From: an uncultured Candidatus Saccharibacteria bacterium
GTDB taxonomy: Bacteria > Patescibacteriota > Dojkabacteria > SC72
DNA length: 64,000 bases
Reading direction: 5' to 3'
NCBI GenBank assembly: GCA_964403155.1
Contig: CAYOEG010000001.1
Location: forward strand, 85,550 to 149,549
Positions 49,052-58,263 of the stretch are shown here, in pieces (the stretch's first letter is position 1; each line of letters opens with the position of its first letter). The position numbers and the translations under genes were made by a program. The notes below the pieces were generated by a model. The model made no database searches. It saw nothing but the letters and a program-made list of their open reading frames with translations, and was not told where the DNA came from.

Positions 49052-49708
49052 GAACTTAAGTATATTAAAAACAAAAACGATAATATAAAGTACGTGACTG
49101 TAAATTTAACTGAATCTACTGATTTAGATGAATTAGAAGCTATTTCTAAAGATACCACTTACCCTATTTATGCGATACCAGAAGATGTAACAACAGAGTT
49201 CAATGAAGGTGGGTGGTTAGTATGTGCAAAAGGTGTAAATACCAAAAATATCTGGCAATTTGTTAATGGTTGGGCTATGCCATATGAATGTTTTGTAAAT
49301 GGTTTTCCTTTTCCAGTGAAGATGGAAGATATGTGGAAATCGCAAACAAAAATCGAAGTAATCGATATTGATGAAGTAAGATGGAATCTCAAATTACCCT
49401 GGTGGTCCACCGATGGAGAAATTCCTTACAATTTAACCCCACAAGAAGTATTAGATGAAATAAATAGATATCAAGAACATAAGGATAGAATATACAAATC
49501 GGAATTAGAATATCCCCTATTATTAGTACCAACTAAACAAAATAGATGGTTAATATATGATGGTGTACATAGGTTTGTTAAACAGTTATTAGAAGGTAAA
49601 AAAACTGTACTTGTAAAAAAGTTTGAGATAGAGGAAATGGATGAATATATTCATGATATAGATAAGAAAAGGTTTGAGGAATGGAAGAGGTTGGAGATTA
49701 CTCGTTAG
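49043..49708 (+). CDS. Hypothetical protein with C-terminal ParB/Srx-like (DGxHR) motif
   Basis: WLIYDGVHRFVKQLLEGKKTVLV resembles the ParB-like nuclease core. Confidence 0.35.
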   Translation: MKQELKYIKNKNDNIKYVTVNLTESTDLDELEAISKDTTYPIYAIPEDVTTEFNEGGWLVCAKGVNTKNIWQFVNGWAMPYECFVNGFPFPVKMEDMWKSQTKIEVIDIDEVRWNLKLPWWSTDGEIPYNLTPQEVLDEINRYQEHKDRIYKSELEYPLLLVPTKQNRWLIYDGVHRFVKQLLEGKKTVLVKKFEIEEMDEYIHDIDKKRFEEWKRLEITR

Positions 49709-50090
49709 TACAACGTTTCAGAAGGTTATTGTAATAGTATTTGAGTCTTTCCTTATCTTCGTTCTCTTTTACACCCTTATAATAAATTTCAATAAAAACA
49801 ATTTTTAATTCTTTGGGAATAAAAATATAAATAAGCCTAAGCCCCGTATTACTTCCTTTACTTTTAAAAGATTTTGAAGCGATTTTTTTAACTTTCAGAG
49901 AAATTACATCCTCTGAACAAAAACTTGGGATGGGAAAGATCCCATTACTATCTAGTGATTGTAAATGATAAAGCTCAATAGATGCTTTTTTGAGAACCTC
50001 GATGTCATCCTCTAATGTGCGATACTTTTTACAAAGCTTCTTAAGATCTTTATTAAACTCTGTTGTGCTTTCATAGCTGATTTTCTCCAT
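49698..50090 (-). CDS. Putative RelE/ParE-superfamily toxin (type II TA)
   Basis: About 130 aa. GLRLIYIFIPKELKIVFIEIYYKG resembles the RelE/ParE C-terminal beta-strand motif. The real start is probably the internal Met MEKISY. It overlaps the upstream antitoxin gene by ~20 nt. Confidence 0.4.
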   Translation of the reverse strand: MEKISYESTTEFNKDLKKLCKKYRTLEDDIEVLKKASIELYHLQSLDSNGIFPIPSFCSEDVISLKVKKIASKSFKSKGSNTGLRLIYIFIPKELKIVFIEIYYKGVKENEDKERLKYYYNNLLKRCTNE

Positions 50091-50850
50091 AGTTGCGTAC
50101 TGAAGTTTTAGGTGTTCTATAAAATACAGATTCATAATCTATTGGCTTACCTTCCTCAGCAGCAATCCAAGGAACATCCTGGTGAGAATATGCACTCAAT
50201 TCTGTTGCATTCTTATCTGATAATCGAGCTAATACCTCATCTATGTGCTTAAGCTCTTGAGCATTAAGTAACTTAGCTAGGTTAGGCTCTCTAACAGCTA
50301 AGTATTTTGTTTGAGGATACTGAAATGACTTACTTTTAATAATTTCCAATTCACCTTCATTTATCATCCTCTCTGTTAATTTCTTAAATTCAACAGGTGT
50401 CGGACCAAAATGATTTTTTATGTATGTAGCACCTATTAACTGCTCCTCGTACTTTTCATAATAATCAAAGTCGATAAAATACAGAAGCTTATACAAAACC
50501 GTTTCCCCAACATTGGGCTTGCCCCCTACTTGTGAAAGAATATATAACAAGATTTCTCTAAATTTATCGAAGTTCCTCTGTGGAACACTAATTCTTAATT
50601 CTTGCGACTTACTCTTATCTACCGTGCTTTCTTTAATATCAACATTAATAGAAGACTCCTCCTCGTTGATAAGCTGGTTAAATGTAAGATCTAATAGCTT
50701 TGCAATAACCTTAACTTCACGCAAAGTCATATCCCTTTCTCCCTTTTCCAGAGCAATATACGTTGGACGAGACATATCCAATTTTTTCGCAAAATACTCC
50801 TGTGAGAGGCCTTTTTTTTCTCTCATTTTTTGGATGAAATTTTGAATCAT
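50071..50850 (-). CDS. HTH-XRE DNA-binding domain fused to a Panacea (DUF4065/SocA-like) antitoxin domain
   Basis: The N-terminus MREKKGLSQEYFAKKLDMSRPTYIALEKGERDMTL is an XRE HTH. The central TVLYKLLYFIDFDYYEKYEEQLIGATYIKNHFGPTPVEF matches the Panacea core (LxKLLYxxD...W.xGPV). Confidence 0.55.
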   Translation of the reverse strand: MIQNFIQKMREKKGLSQEYFAKKLDMSRPTYIALEKGERDMTLREVKVIAKLLDLTFNQLINEEESSINVDIKESTVDKSKSQELRISVPQRNFDKFREILLYILSQVGGKPNVGETVLYKLLYFIDFDYYEKYEEQLIGATYIKNHFGPTPVEFKKLTERMINEGELEIIKSKSFQYPQTKYLAVREPNLAKLLNAQELKHIDEVLARLSDKNATELSAYSHQDVPWIAAEEGKPIDYESVFYRTPKTSVRNYGENQL

Positions 50851-50878
50851 AATATTTAGGCAGTTAAAAATTTAACTT

Positions 50879-51010
50879 CTATTTCTTTGATTTTTCTCTT
50901 TGGGACAATGCGCTTGCGGCAACAGATTTCGTTTTTTTTGTTGTCCTTTTGTTTCTTAAAAGCGAGGAAGCTTTCTTAGCAACTCTTGCACTGGTTTTCT
51001 TCTTAGCCAT
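50879..51010 (-). CDS. Possible small Lys-rich basic protein (43 aa from MAKKK...)
   Basis: Very basic short ORF whose function cannot be assigned. It may not be expressed. Confidence 0.2.
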   Translation of the reverse strand: MAKKKTSARVAKKASSLLRNKRTTKKTKSVAASALSQREKSKK

Positions 51011-51103
51011 AGTGTATTTCATATATAATTTATCGTATCTACACATTGTATCAATGTAAACCGGGTTTGTCAACGCATAAGTAAAGTATATTTTACAAAG
51101 GCC

Positions 51104-51538
51104 CTAGCACTTCTTGGTAAAATAATACCCATTTTTTTCAAACCCATTCGATTCATAGAATCTATGAGTATCTGTTCTCTTTATATTTGAATGCAACTCT
51201 ACTCTGTAACACCCTTTTTCTTTTGCTAGTCCCACTGCTTTATCTAATAGCATCTTCCCAACTCCATGATTACGATAAGTTTTGCCAACAATTAACTCAT
51301 CGATCAATCCTATCCTTAAATAATGGATATTATCTTTTATTTCCAAGGTACATAATCCAACAACTCTATCATTATCTCTTGCTACAAGGTATATTCTTCT
51401 TCCTGTTTCCAAATCTGTTTGATAAATAGCTTTAAGTTTTTCTTCATCTAAAAGATCCCATCTAGGCCAAAGTTGCTTATACAAACACATGATATCTAAA
51501 AAATCTGCGTTAACCGCATCATCTATTTGAGTTTGCAT
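51104..51538 (-). CDS. GNAT-family N-acetyltransferase (true start at internal Met; the upstream part of the track ORF overlaps the tRNA-Ser gene)
   Basis: ELIVGKTYRNHGVGKMLLDKAVGLAKEKGCYRVELH is the acetyl-CoA-binding motif A. Confidence 0.75.
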   Translation of the reverse strand: MQTQIDDAVNADFLDIMCLYKQLWPRWDLLDEEKLKAIYQTDLETGRRIYLVARDNDRVVGLCTLEIKDNIHYLRIGLIDELIVGKTYRNHGVGKMLLDKAVGLAKEKGCYRVELHSNIKRTDTHRFYESNGFEKNGYYFTKKC

Positions 51539-51562
51539 AGAAATTTGAAAATAAAAATTGTA

Positions 51563-51652
<90 letters not shown>

Positions 51653-51691
51653 AAACAAAAGGATTATACCAAACAAATCATTAATACTAAA

Positions 51692-52048
51692 CTATACAAT
51701 CTCCCCAATCTCGCTCTTCACCCTATTAGCCTTATCTTGATCCCCATAGTCAAGACCCCAATCAAGAGCTTGTTTAGCATCCCAACTCTCAATACCAGTC
51801 TCTCTAGTCGCTGTAATATCTGGCAATTTTTCAGAATATGTAAATTTACAAACCTTTTGGGGTAAAAGTGTCAAAAAATATGCACCCGTAATACCCGCGG
51901 ATTGCTTAACTTTATTCTCTGCTGATTCCCCAAGTCTTCTCATCTGTTCAATAGTTTGAATACAAGTAACAACCTCGCATTTTCTTGCATCTTCGAAAGG
52001 CTCACCCAGATCAACCATTACATTTCGTTCTTCCCAGTCTTGGAACAT
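51692..52048 (-). CDS. Hypothetical protein
   Basis: 118-aa soluble ORF. Confidence 0.35.
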   Translation of the reverse strand: MFQDWEERNVMVDLGEPFEDARKCEVVTCIQTIEQMRRLGESAENKVKQSAGITGAYFLTLLPQKVCKFTYSEKLPDITATRETGIESWDAKQALDWGLDYGDQDKANRVKSEIGEIV

Positions 52049-52094
52049 AGTGATATTTATAACAACTTATAGTAATTATTATATCACAAGCACC

Positions 52095-53060
52095 CTATTT
52101 AATCTCATATCCCCCTTCAAAAATAGCCTTAATAACCTCTTCTAAATTAGGTTCACTAATATCCAAATCTTTTACCCTAAAAGAATTAAGTAACTCCTTA
52201 GACATATCGCTAACCCTCTCCCTATCTACCTCCAAAATCCCCTCATTATTTATACACTCCTTCAAATACCCACTCCCCTCAAAAACCTTAGGATCAATAT
52301 CCTCATCCAAAACAAAATGAATAACCTTCTTCTTAGCATACCCCTCTATCAATTCAGAAATTCTACCATCATACAAAACCAACCCATTATCTATAACTAT
52401 AACTCTCTTACACAAATCTGAAACATCCTCCATATTATGACTAGTCAATATAACGGAAGCATGATATCTCTTGTTATACTCCTTTATAAATGCTCTCAAG
52501 TTATGCTGGGAAACCACATCCAAACCAATAGTAGGCTCATCCAAAAACACTAACTCAGGAGTATGAAGAAGCGCAGATATAATCTCACAACGCATACGCT
52601 CCCCTAAGGAGAGATTCCTCGTAGGCTTCTCAATCACATCCTTAACACCCAACACCTCCACCATATCATCCAAAATATCCTTGTACTCCTTCTCCCCTAT
52701 ACCATATATCTCCTTATTTAATTTGAAAGTCTCAATAGGAGCTAACTCCCACCACAATTGACTCTTTTGTCCCATTACCAAAGCAATCCTAGAAAGAAAA
52801 TCATTCTTACGTTTTGAAGGAGTAAAACCCAAAACATCCACCACACCACCATCTGGATACAACAAACCCGAAAGACATTTCAAAGTAGTAGTCTTCCCAG
52901 CCCCATTAGGGCCAATGAATCCAACAATCTCCTCTCTAAAAATATCAAACGAGATATCCTTAACAGCTTCAACATCTCCACCCTTCGTACGATATATCTT
53001 CCTTAAATTTTCTACATGTACAACAGCTTCTTTCATATTTAATTGACTATTACTTAACAT
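52095..53060 (-). CDS. ABC transporter ATP-binding protein with C-terminal accessory domain; no adjacent permease gene
   Basis: Walker A GPNGAGKTT. Signature LSLGERMRC. Walker B LVFLDEPTIGLD. Confidence 0.85.
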   Translation of the reverse strand: MLSNSQLNMKEAVVHVENLRKIYRTKGGDVEAVKDISFDIFREEIVGFIGPNGAGKTTTLKCLSGLLYPDGGVVDVLGFTPSKRKNDFLSRIALVMGQKSQLWWELAPIETFKLNKEIYGIGEKEYKDILDDMVEVLGVKDVIEKPTRNLSLGERMRCEIISALLHTPELVFLDEPTIGLDVVSQHNLRAFIKEYNKRYHASVILTSHNMEDVSDLCKRVIVIDNGLVLYDGRISELIEGYAKKKVIHFVLDEDIDPKVFEGSGYLKECINNEGILEVDRERVSDMSKELLNSFRVKDLDISEPNLEEVIKAIFEGGYEIK

Positions 53061-53077
53061 TTACAATATCATTAATA

Positions 53078-54283
53078 ATGAAAACTGCCAACATATCAAG
53101 AATAGCACTCGCCCTTATCCTAACCACATCTCTCGCATCTGGAGTACTAGCAACAGACCTAGGATCAACCAATTACAAAATAGTAGGTGCTACCACATCA
53201 ACAGGAGGAGGCTTACTAGATTCAGTATCTGGCAACTACAGCCTCATGAATTCACTCGGTAACATATCGGCAGACCCCAGAGTATATTCAACTAACTACA
53301 GACTCCAACAAGATCCATCTTCTAATTTTCTAGCCGCTCAACCCACTGTTAAATGTTTCGAAACTACCACCAATGGAAGTACAAGCTGCGAATCAGGACC
53401 AGCAGAACTACTTGCTGGAGGTATGGTTGCAATCTGTGGAACAGGAGGATGTTACAACAAAGCTAGATTTGAATTAACTCCAAACAGCAACCCCTCAGAC
53501 ACCCTGTACACCGTTGCCATCTCTACAGATAATTTTACAAATGATATTAAATACATAGATGGAGCCACATTCTTACCTGAAAGTGCAAGTAATCACAATA
53601 TTAATGATTTCAGAACAGAAACATATTGGGAAACAGAAGTATTCAATATACAGGGATTAATGGCTAACACACTCTACTATGTTCGTATATCAGCCTTAAG
53701 TGGTGACTTCACACAATCTGATTACAGTATAGCTACGAGTACAACCACTGGAAGTGGAAATATATTCTTTGATATTGATATAGCACCAACAAGTGGAGTT
53801 ACTACAGAAACTTCCTCTCCATATACAATCTCATTTACAGGCAATGATGATCTCATGGCAGGTGCAGCAGCTACAACCGCACCTAATTTAGTATGGCTAG
53901 ATATTTCAAGTAATTCGGCAGGAGGAGTTGCAGTTATACAGTTTGGTAAAAATGGAGGACTTTATAGTGCAACCACAACCCAAACCATTACATCTGCAGA
54001 TGCAAATCTAGATACTGTGACTGAGGGCTTTGGGTTACAAAGTTACTACGTTGACAATGACACCTCTGCATACCTTGGAGATTTAACTGCAGAGACTAAC
54101 TATGGTGGAAGTATTAATACGGTGGGAGCTGTAGAAACAACCGCAAACAAAATATATGATGGAGACGGGCCTATCCAAAATGGCCGTATAGCAATGTATT
54201 TGAAGGCAAGAGCATCTACTAGCATGACCCCCGCTACAGACTACTCCGAAGAAATATATTTCATATTAGTACCACGATATTAG
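53078..54283 (+). CDS. Secreted T/S/G-rich surface protein (signal peptide)
   Basis: MKTANISRIALALILTTSLASGVLA signal peptide. Composition predicts a beta-rich fold. No TM anchor. Confidence 0.5.
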   Translation: MKTANISRIALALILTTSLASGVLATDLGSTNYKIVGATTSTGGGLLDSVSGNYSLMNSLGNISADPRVYSTNYRLQQDPSSNFLAAQPTVKCFETTTNGSTSCESGPAELLAGGMVAICGTGGCYNKARFELTPNSNPSDTLYTVAISTDNFTNDIKYIDGATFLPESASNHNINDFRTETYWETEVFNIQGLMANTLYYVRISALSGDFTQSDYSIATSTTTGSGNIFFDIDIAPTSGVTTETSSPYTISFTGNDDLMAGAAATTAPNLVWLDISSNSAGGVAVIQFGKNGGLYSATTTQTITSADANLDTVTEGFGLQSYYVDNDTSAYLGDLTAETNYGGSINTVGAVETTANKIYDGDGPIQNGRIAMYLKARASTSMTPATDYSEEIYFILVPRY

Positions 54284-54359
54284 TATTTGACAAGAAGGTG
54301 AGATTTAGATAGATTATTAATGTATTATTCGCCCTACTATATTATTTCTGCCCAACAAT

Positions 54360-55493
54360 ATGAAAAAGAATACAATAAAGGCAAGCAGTCTGATCGCAGT
54401 ACTCTTATCTATCATCATCGTCGCAATGTATCCTGCATTCAGTTCAAAAGCAAATGCTTTAAGTGCAGTATATTTCTACCTAAGTAGAATACAAGCCAAT
54501 ATTAATGGATCCTCAGCTACCATTGAGTATGTTTTAGCAGTTGATACAAGTCAAACGATCCCATCTGGAGGTACAGTAACCATAACCTTCCCAGATAATG
54601 ATGACGCTAACTGGTGTAGAACCGCAGGTTCATTAACAGTAACCGCAGTAGCTTCGTCAATTGCAGATCTTGCAACCACAAACTGGGCTATAGATAGTGC
54701 ATTACCAGATTCAGGAACTGCCCTATCTGCAGCATGTACACAAGGATCAGGATCTTCTTCTGTTGATACCATAACCATATCTAATGTTGGTGCCCTAACA
54801 GGTGGTACTACATATGGTGTTAAACTTGCAAATGGAACCGCTGCAGGAGTATTAGGAACAGATGATACAGCTGGAGAACATGAGGTAACAGTTGAAACAA
54901 AAAATGGGGCTACCATAGACTCAGGAACCTTTAAGCTATACCTCGTATCTAACGATACAGTTACTGTATCTGCCACAGTCTCTTCAGTGCCTTCGGTCAA
55001 CTGTACAATTAGCACTAACAGTGTGAACCTAGGTTCTTTGTATCCAGGTGGATCATATTCAACCATCACTCACGAGATATCCACAAGTACATCTACAACC
55101 ACCAGTGGCTATTACTGGGCAGCATATGGACATGGTGATAGCTCAACGGATGCAGGACTCTACAAGTCTTCTGCCACGACATACCTTATACCCTCAACAG
55201 GAAGTAGTACTATCGACCTTACTGGGGTTGGAGCCGAAGGCTTCGGAATGACAGTATCAGATCCAGATGGTGCAGGATCAGCAGCAGTTGCTACAGATTT
55301 TGGGAACGGTACTACAGGTACATTCGGAGCATTGAACATGGGAGTATCAGGAGCACAGTTAATCTTGTATCAGAACGGTTCTCAATCTACCTCGGAAAGT
55401 TCAACAATAACATACGGAGCTAGAGCAGGATCATCAGCTGTAGCAGGTAGCTACTCAGAAACAGTGACCTTTGTCTGTGGTGGATACTATTAG
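54360..55493 (+). CDS. Secreted T/S/G-rich surface protein (signal peptide), similar in character to the preceding gene
   Basis: Signal peptide. Ends VTFVCGGYY. Confidence 0.5.
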   Translation: MKKNTIKASSLIAVLLSIIIVAMYPAFSSKANALSAVYFYLSRIQANINGSSATIEYVLAVDTSQTIPSGGTVTITFPDNDDANWCRTAGSLTVTAVASSIADLATTNWAIDSALPDSGTALSAACTQGSGSSSVDTITISNVGALTGGTTYGVKLANGTAAGVLGTDDTAGEHEVTVETKNGATIDSGTFKLYLVSNDTVTVSATVSSVPSVNCTISTNSVNLGSLYPGGSYSTITHEISTSTSTTTSGYYWAAYGHGDSSTDAGLYKSSATTYLIPSTGSSTIDLTGVGAEGFGMTVSDPDGAGSAAVATDFGNGTTGTFGALNMGVSGAQLILYQNGSQSTSESSTITYGARAGSSAVAGSYSETVTFVCGGYY

Positions 55494-56490
55494 TACAAAT
55501 ATGATTAAGAATGTATATACCCACACTGCCCAAATCCTGACAGTATTACTGTCTGTTTTTGCACTCTCATTTCTCTTTGTCCGCCCCACCCTTGCAAACA
55601 GTATCTCTATTGGTACTGCACCTACATCTGAAAAATTAAAACTCTCCCCAGGACAAAAATATAATGGAGAGCTAGTAGTATGGAATCTTACAGAGAAAGC
55701 CATCGATTACGATATAACAATCCGCGGATTCAAACAGATTGAGAATCAGCCTGGTACAGCAGTTTTGCTAACAGAAGATGAAGAAGCTCGATCATTGTAC
55801 ACCGCCACATCATGGCTAAAGGCTAGCATCTCCGAACTCACACTTGTGCCTAACAAAAATGAAAAAATCTACTATGAAATCAATGTCCCAGCAGATGTAA
55901 CAAAAGGAGAATATACTGTAATGATAGCGTTCATATCACAGAATGAAGCCCAACTATCTGGCACAGGAGCACTCACTACACTCTCTGCAGGTATGCCAAT
56001 CTTGATACAAATTGGGGATGAATTCGTCGAGAATGCAGAACTCCTAGATTTCTATACCACAGAAAAACTTTTTGAATACCCAAATCTCACCTTCTACACA
56101 AGAATCAAAAACCTAGGAGACACTCACATCTCGCCAGTTGGTGAAATAATACTCACAAATATATTTGGGCAAGAGATCACAGCCATACAATTTAATCCAA
56201 ATGGCCAAAGTATATTAAGAGACAATACTGGAAACTATGAAACCACTTGGAACCTTGGATCATTCTTAACTAAAGACAAAGCTATCGTCTTAGGTCCGAT
56301 CAAAGCAAAGCTAATTGTTACCTACCGTAGCTTCCAACCAGGCTTCGCACCACTTACATCAGAGATATCGTTCTGGATATTACCTTGGAAACTCATATTG
56401 ATAGCATTGGTTGCAATAATCACAGTTATTGTCATAATAAAGACAGTAAAAAAGAAGAAGAAAAATGTATCTCGTCCATTGCCTAGATGA
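55471..56490 (+). CDS. Surface protein with signal peptide and C-terminal TM anchor plus basic tail (DUF916/DUF3324-like architecture)
   Basis: The C-terminus ...LILIALVAIITVIVIIKTVKKKKKNVSRP has the membrane anchor followed by the basic tail. The N-terminal region is Ig-like. Confidence 0.5.
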   Translation: MSVVDTISTNMIKNVYTHTAQILTVLLSVFALSFLFVRPTLANSISIGTAPTSEKLKLSPGQKYNGELVVWNLTEKAIDYDITIRGFKQIENQPGTAVLLTEDEEARSLYTATSWLKASISELTLVPNKNEKIYYEINVPADVTKGEYTVMIAFISQNEAQLSGTGALTTLSAGMPILIQIGDEFVENAELLDFYTTEKLFEYPNLTFYTRIKNLGDTHISPVGEIILTNIFGQEITAIQFNPNGQSILRDNTGNYETTWNLGSFLTKDKAIVLGPIKAKLIVTYRSFQPGFAPLTSEISFWILPWKLILIALVAIITVIVIIKTVKKKKKNVSRPLPR

Positions 56491-57401
56491 AGTTGAAATT
56501 TACACTAACAATTTTCTTTGCAGTAATACTGTTACTAATTAGTAGTAACCTTGTATTTGCGGATTCCTTAACACCATCCATTTTTGAGAAAAGTATCCCA
56601 GTTGGATCGAAATCCACAGGAGAAGTGATATTTAAAAATGAAAGCCCCGATGAAGTTACAATAAAGCCATATGTATCTGCATATGATTCTAAACTACTCC
56701 AATTGATATCCGATGAGAAAAGTATATTCATCGATATGGATGTAGAAACATACAAAGTACAGCCCGGAGAAACACTAACATTGGCATATGAAATAACTCC
56801 GCCAGCAAACCTTCCCCTTGGGACATATTTCAACCTAATAGTTTTACAAAAAATAATGCCTTCTACATACTTGAGTACAGAGAATACAACAGGCACCATT
56901 GATTCCCTCTCTCAACTAGTTGCCATTCACATACTAGAGCAATCCGAGACAGGTGTTTTAGGTATTAAAGCAGATTTTGCTTCAATAACAATGGATGTGC
57001 TAGATAAGGGAATACCTTTCCTTAAACCTACAGTAGTCAAATATACATATCAAAATACTACAAACTATGTGCTAGATCCAAAAGGAGAGATACAGGTTTT
57101 TGATGGAAAAAGTACTTACTCGCCAATATACAAACAGATAAATGGAGAAAACAAGAAACTATATCCTAAAGATACCATAGAAGAGACTCTCTCCATCAGC
57201 GATTGGCATCTTTCTGATTTACTTTTTGGGAGAAAAATCGTTGGATACTTCTACAATGGTATTGATGAAAACTCAATAACTTCTGGGCCAGTTACAACAA
57301 GCTATTATGCCTACCTAGGTATTCTTGGTGGGATAGTAATATTGATTGGAGTATTGATAAAAGCAATAGCATCAGATAATAAAAAGAAAGGGACTAAATA
57401 A
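56487..57401 (+). CDS. Surface protein with signal peptide and C-terminal TM anchor plus basic tail, paralogous in architecture to the preceding gene
   Basis: MKLKFTLTIFFAVILLLISSNLVFA signal. C-terminal GILGGIVILIGVLIKAIASDNKKKGTK. 4-nt overlap with the upstream gene. Confidence 0.5.
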   Translation: MKLKFTLTIFFAVILLLISSNLVFADSLTPSIFEKSIPVGSKSTGEVIFKNESPDEVTIKPYVSAYDSKLLQLISDEKSIFIDMDVETYKVQPGETLTLAYEITPPANLPLGTYFNLIVLQKIMPSTYLSTENTTGTIDSLSQLVAIHILEQSETGVLGIKADFASITMDVLDKGIPFLKPTVVKYTYQNTTNYVLDPKGEIQVFDGKSTYSPIYKQINGENKKLYPKDTIEETLSISDWHLSDLLFGRKIVGYFYNGIDENSITSGPVTTSYYAYLGILGGIVILIGVLIKAIASDNKKKGTK

Positions 57402-58263
57402 TATCCTTTGTTGTTTTAAAGGATATCTTAGAAACATTCGGCAATTCCTTCTCTCCATAAAGTTTTAGAAACTCCCTACCCTTCTCTATGACATTGGAAG
57501 CTCCTTTAGGGAAATCAAATTTGTATCTCTCAGACATACTCTTCATCTCATTTAAGAATATCCCTCTAGCAATGACAGATGCAGCAGCCACAGCGATATC
57601 TGACTCCCCTTTATGATGCTGATCTATATCTGCACCTTGTCCGAATCTTCCAAGTTCATTCAAAATTCTAGCCTTACTGTTTGAGAACTGATCAATAACC
57701 ACAGTATTGCATTCAATATTCTTAGACTTAAGATCCTCTAATCCCATCTCAATAACTTTGGAATGTTGCCTTGCAAGCAATATCGCCACATTCTTAGTTT
57801 CCTTTTGAATTCTGTTATACTCCTCAGGCACCACAATACTTGCATAGTAATATGCATAATCTTTTAACTGCTCGTACATCTCAAGAATCTTTTTGTCTGA
57901 GAATTTTTTAGAGTCACCTACACCAATGTTTTTAAATATTTCTAGATTGTCCGAATTAACAAAATAAGAAACTACTACTAATGGACCAAAATAATCACCC
58001 TTTCCTACTTCATCTACTCCTAGGTGAGGAGTAATCTTTTCATCTTTACTAGCTACTTCAAATATATCTGAGAAATCTTCGTTACCTTGTAAAACTAATT
58101 TTCCACTGGTATATAGCATAGCAGTAGAACCAAGATAGCTTTTCATTCTCCATAATACATACTCGTTGGGAGCTTTTTCATTCTTCCAATCCAATTTAGA
58201 AAGGATATCTTTGTATTTGTTAAATTCTTCTTTTGATATTTGTATTGTTTTAGTATTTTGCAT
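57394..58263 (-). CDS. rnhC: Ribonuclease HIII
   Basis: About 80-aa N-terminal TBP-like extension, then GVDEVGKGDYFGPLVV and DSKKFS catalytic motifs. Confidence 0.7.
   Translation of the reverse strand: MQNTKTIQISKEEFNKYKDILSKLDWKNEKAPNEYVLWRMKSYLGSTAMLYTSGKLVLQGNEDFSDIFEVASKDEKITPHLGVDEVGKGDYFGPLVVVSYFVNSDNLEIFKNIGVGDSKKFSDKKILEMYEQLKDYAYYYASIVVPEEYNRIQKETKNVAILLARQHSKVIEMGLEDLKSKNIECNTVVIDQFSNSKARILNELGRFGQGADIDQHHKGESDIAVAAASVIARGIFLNEMKSMSERYKFDFPKGASNVIEKGREFLKLYGEKELPNVSKISFKTTKDII

Noticed and set aside
53078-55493. WxL-domain assignment for the two T/S/G-rich secreted proteins
   Set aside because: A W-x-L tripeptide occurs (LVWLD) but not in the conserved C-terminal arrangement of WxL domains. 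No confident motif is present, so the call is left as a generic secreted surface protein.
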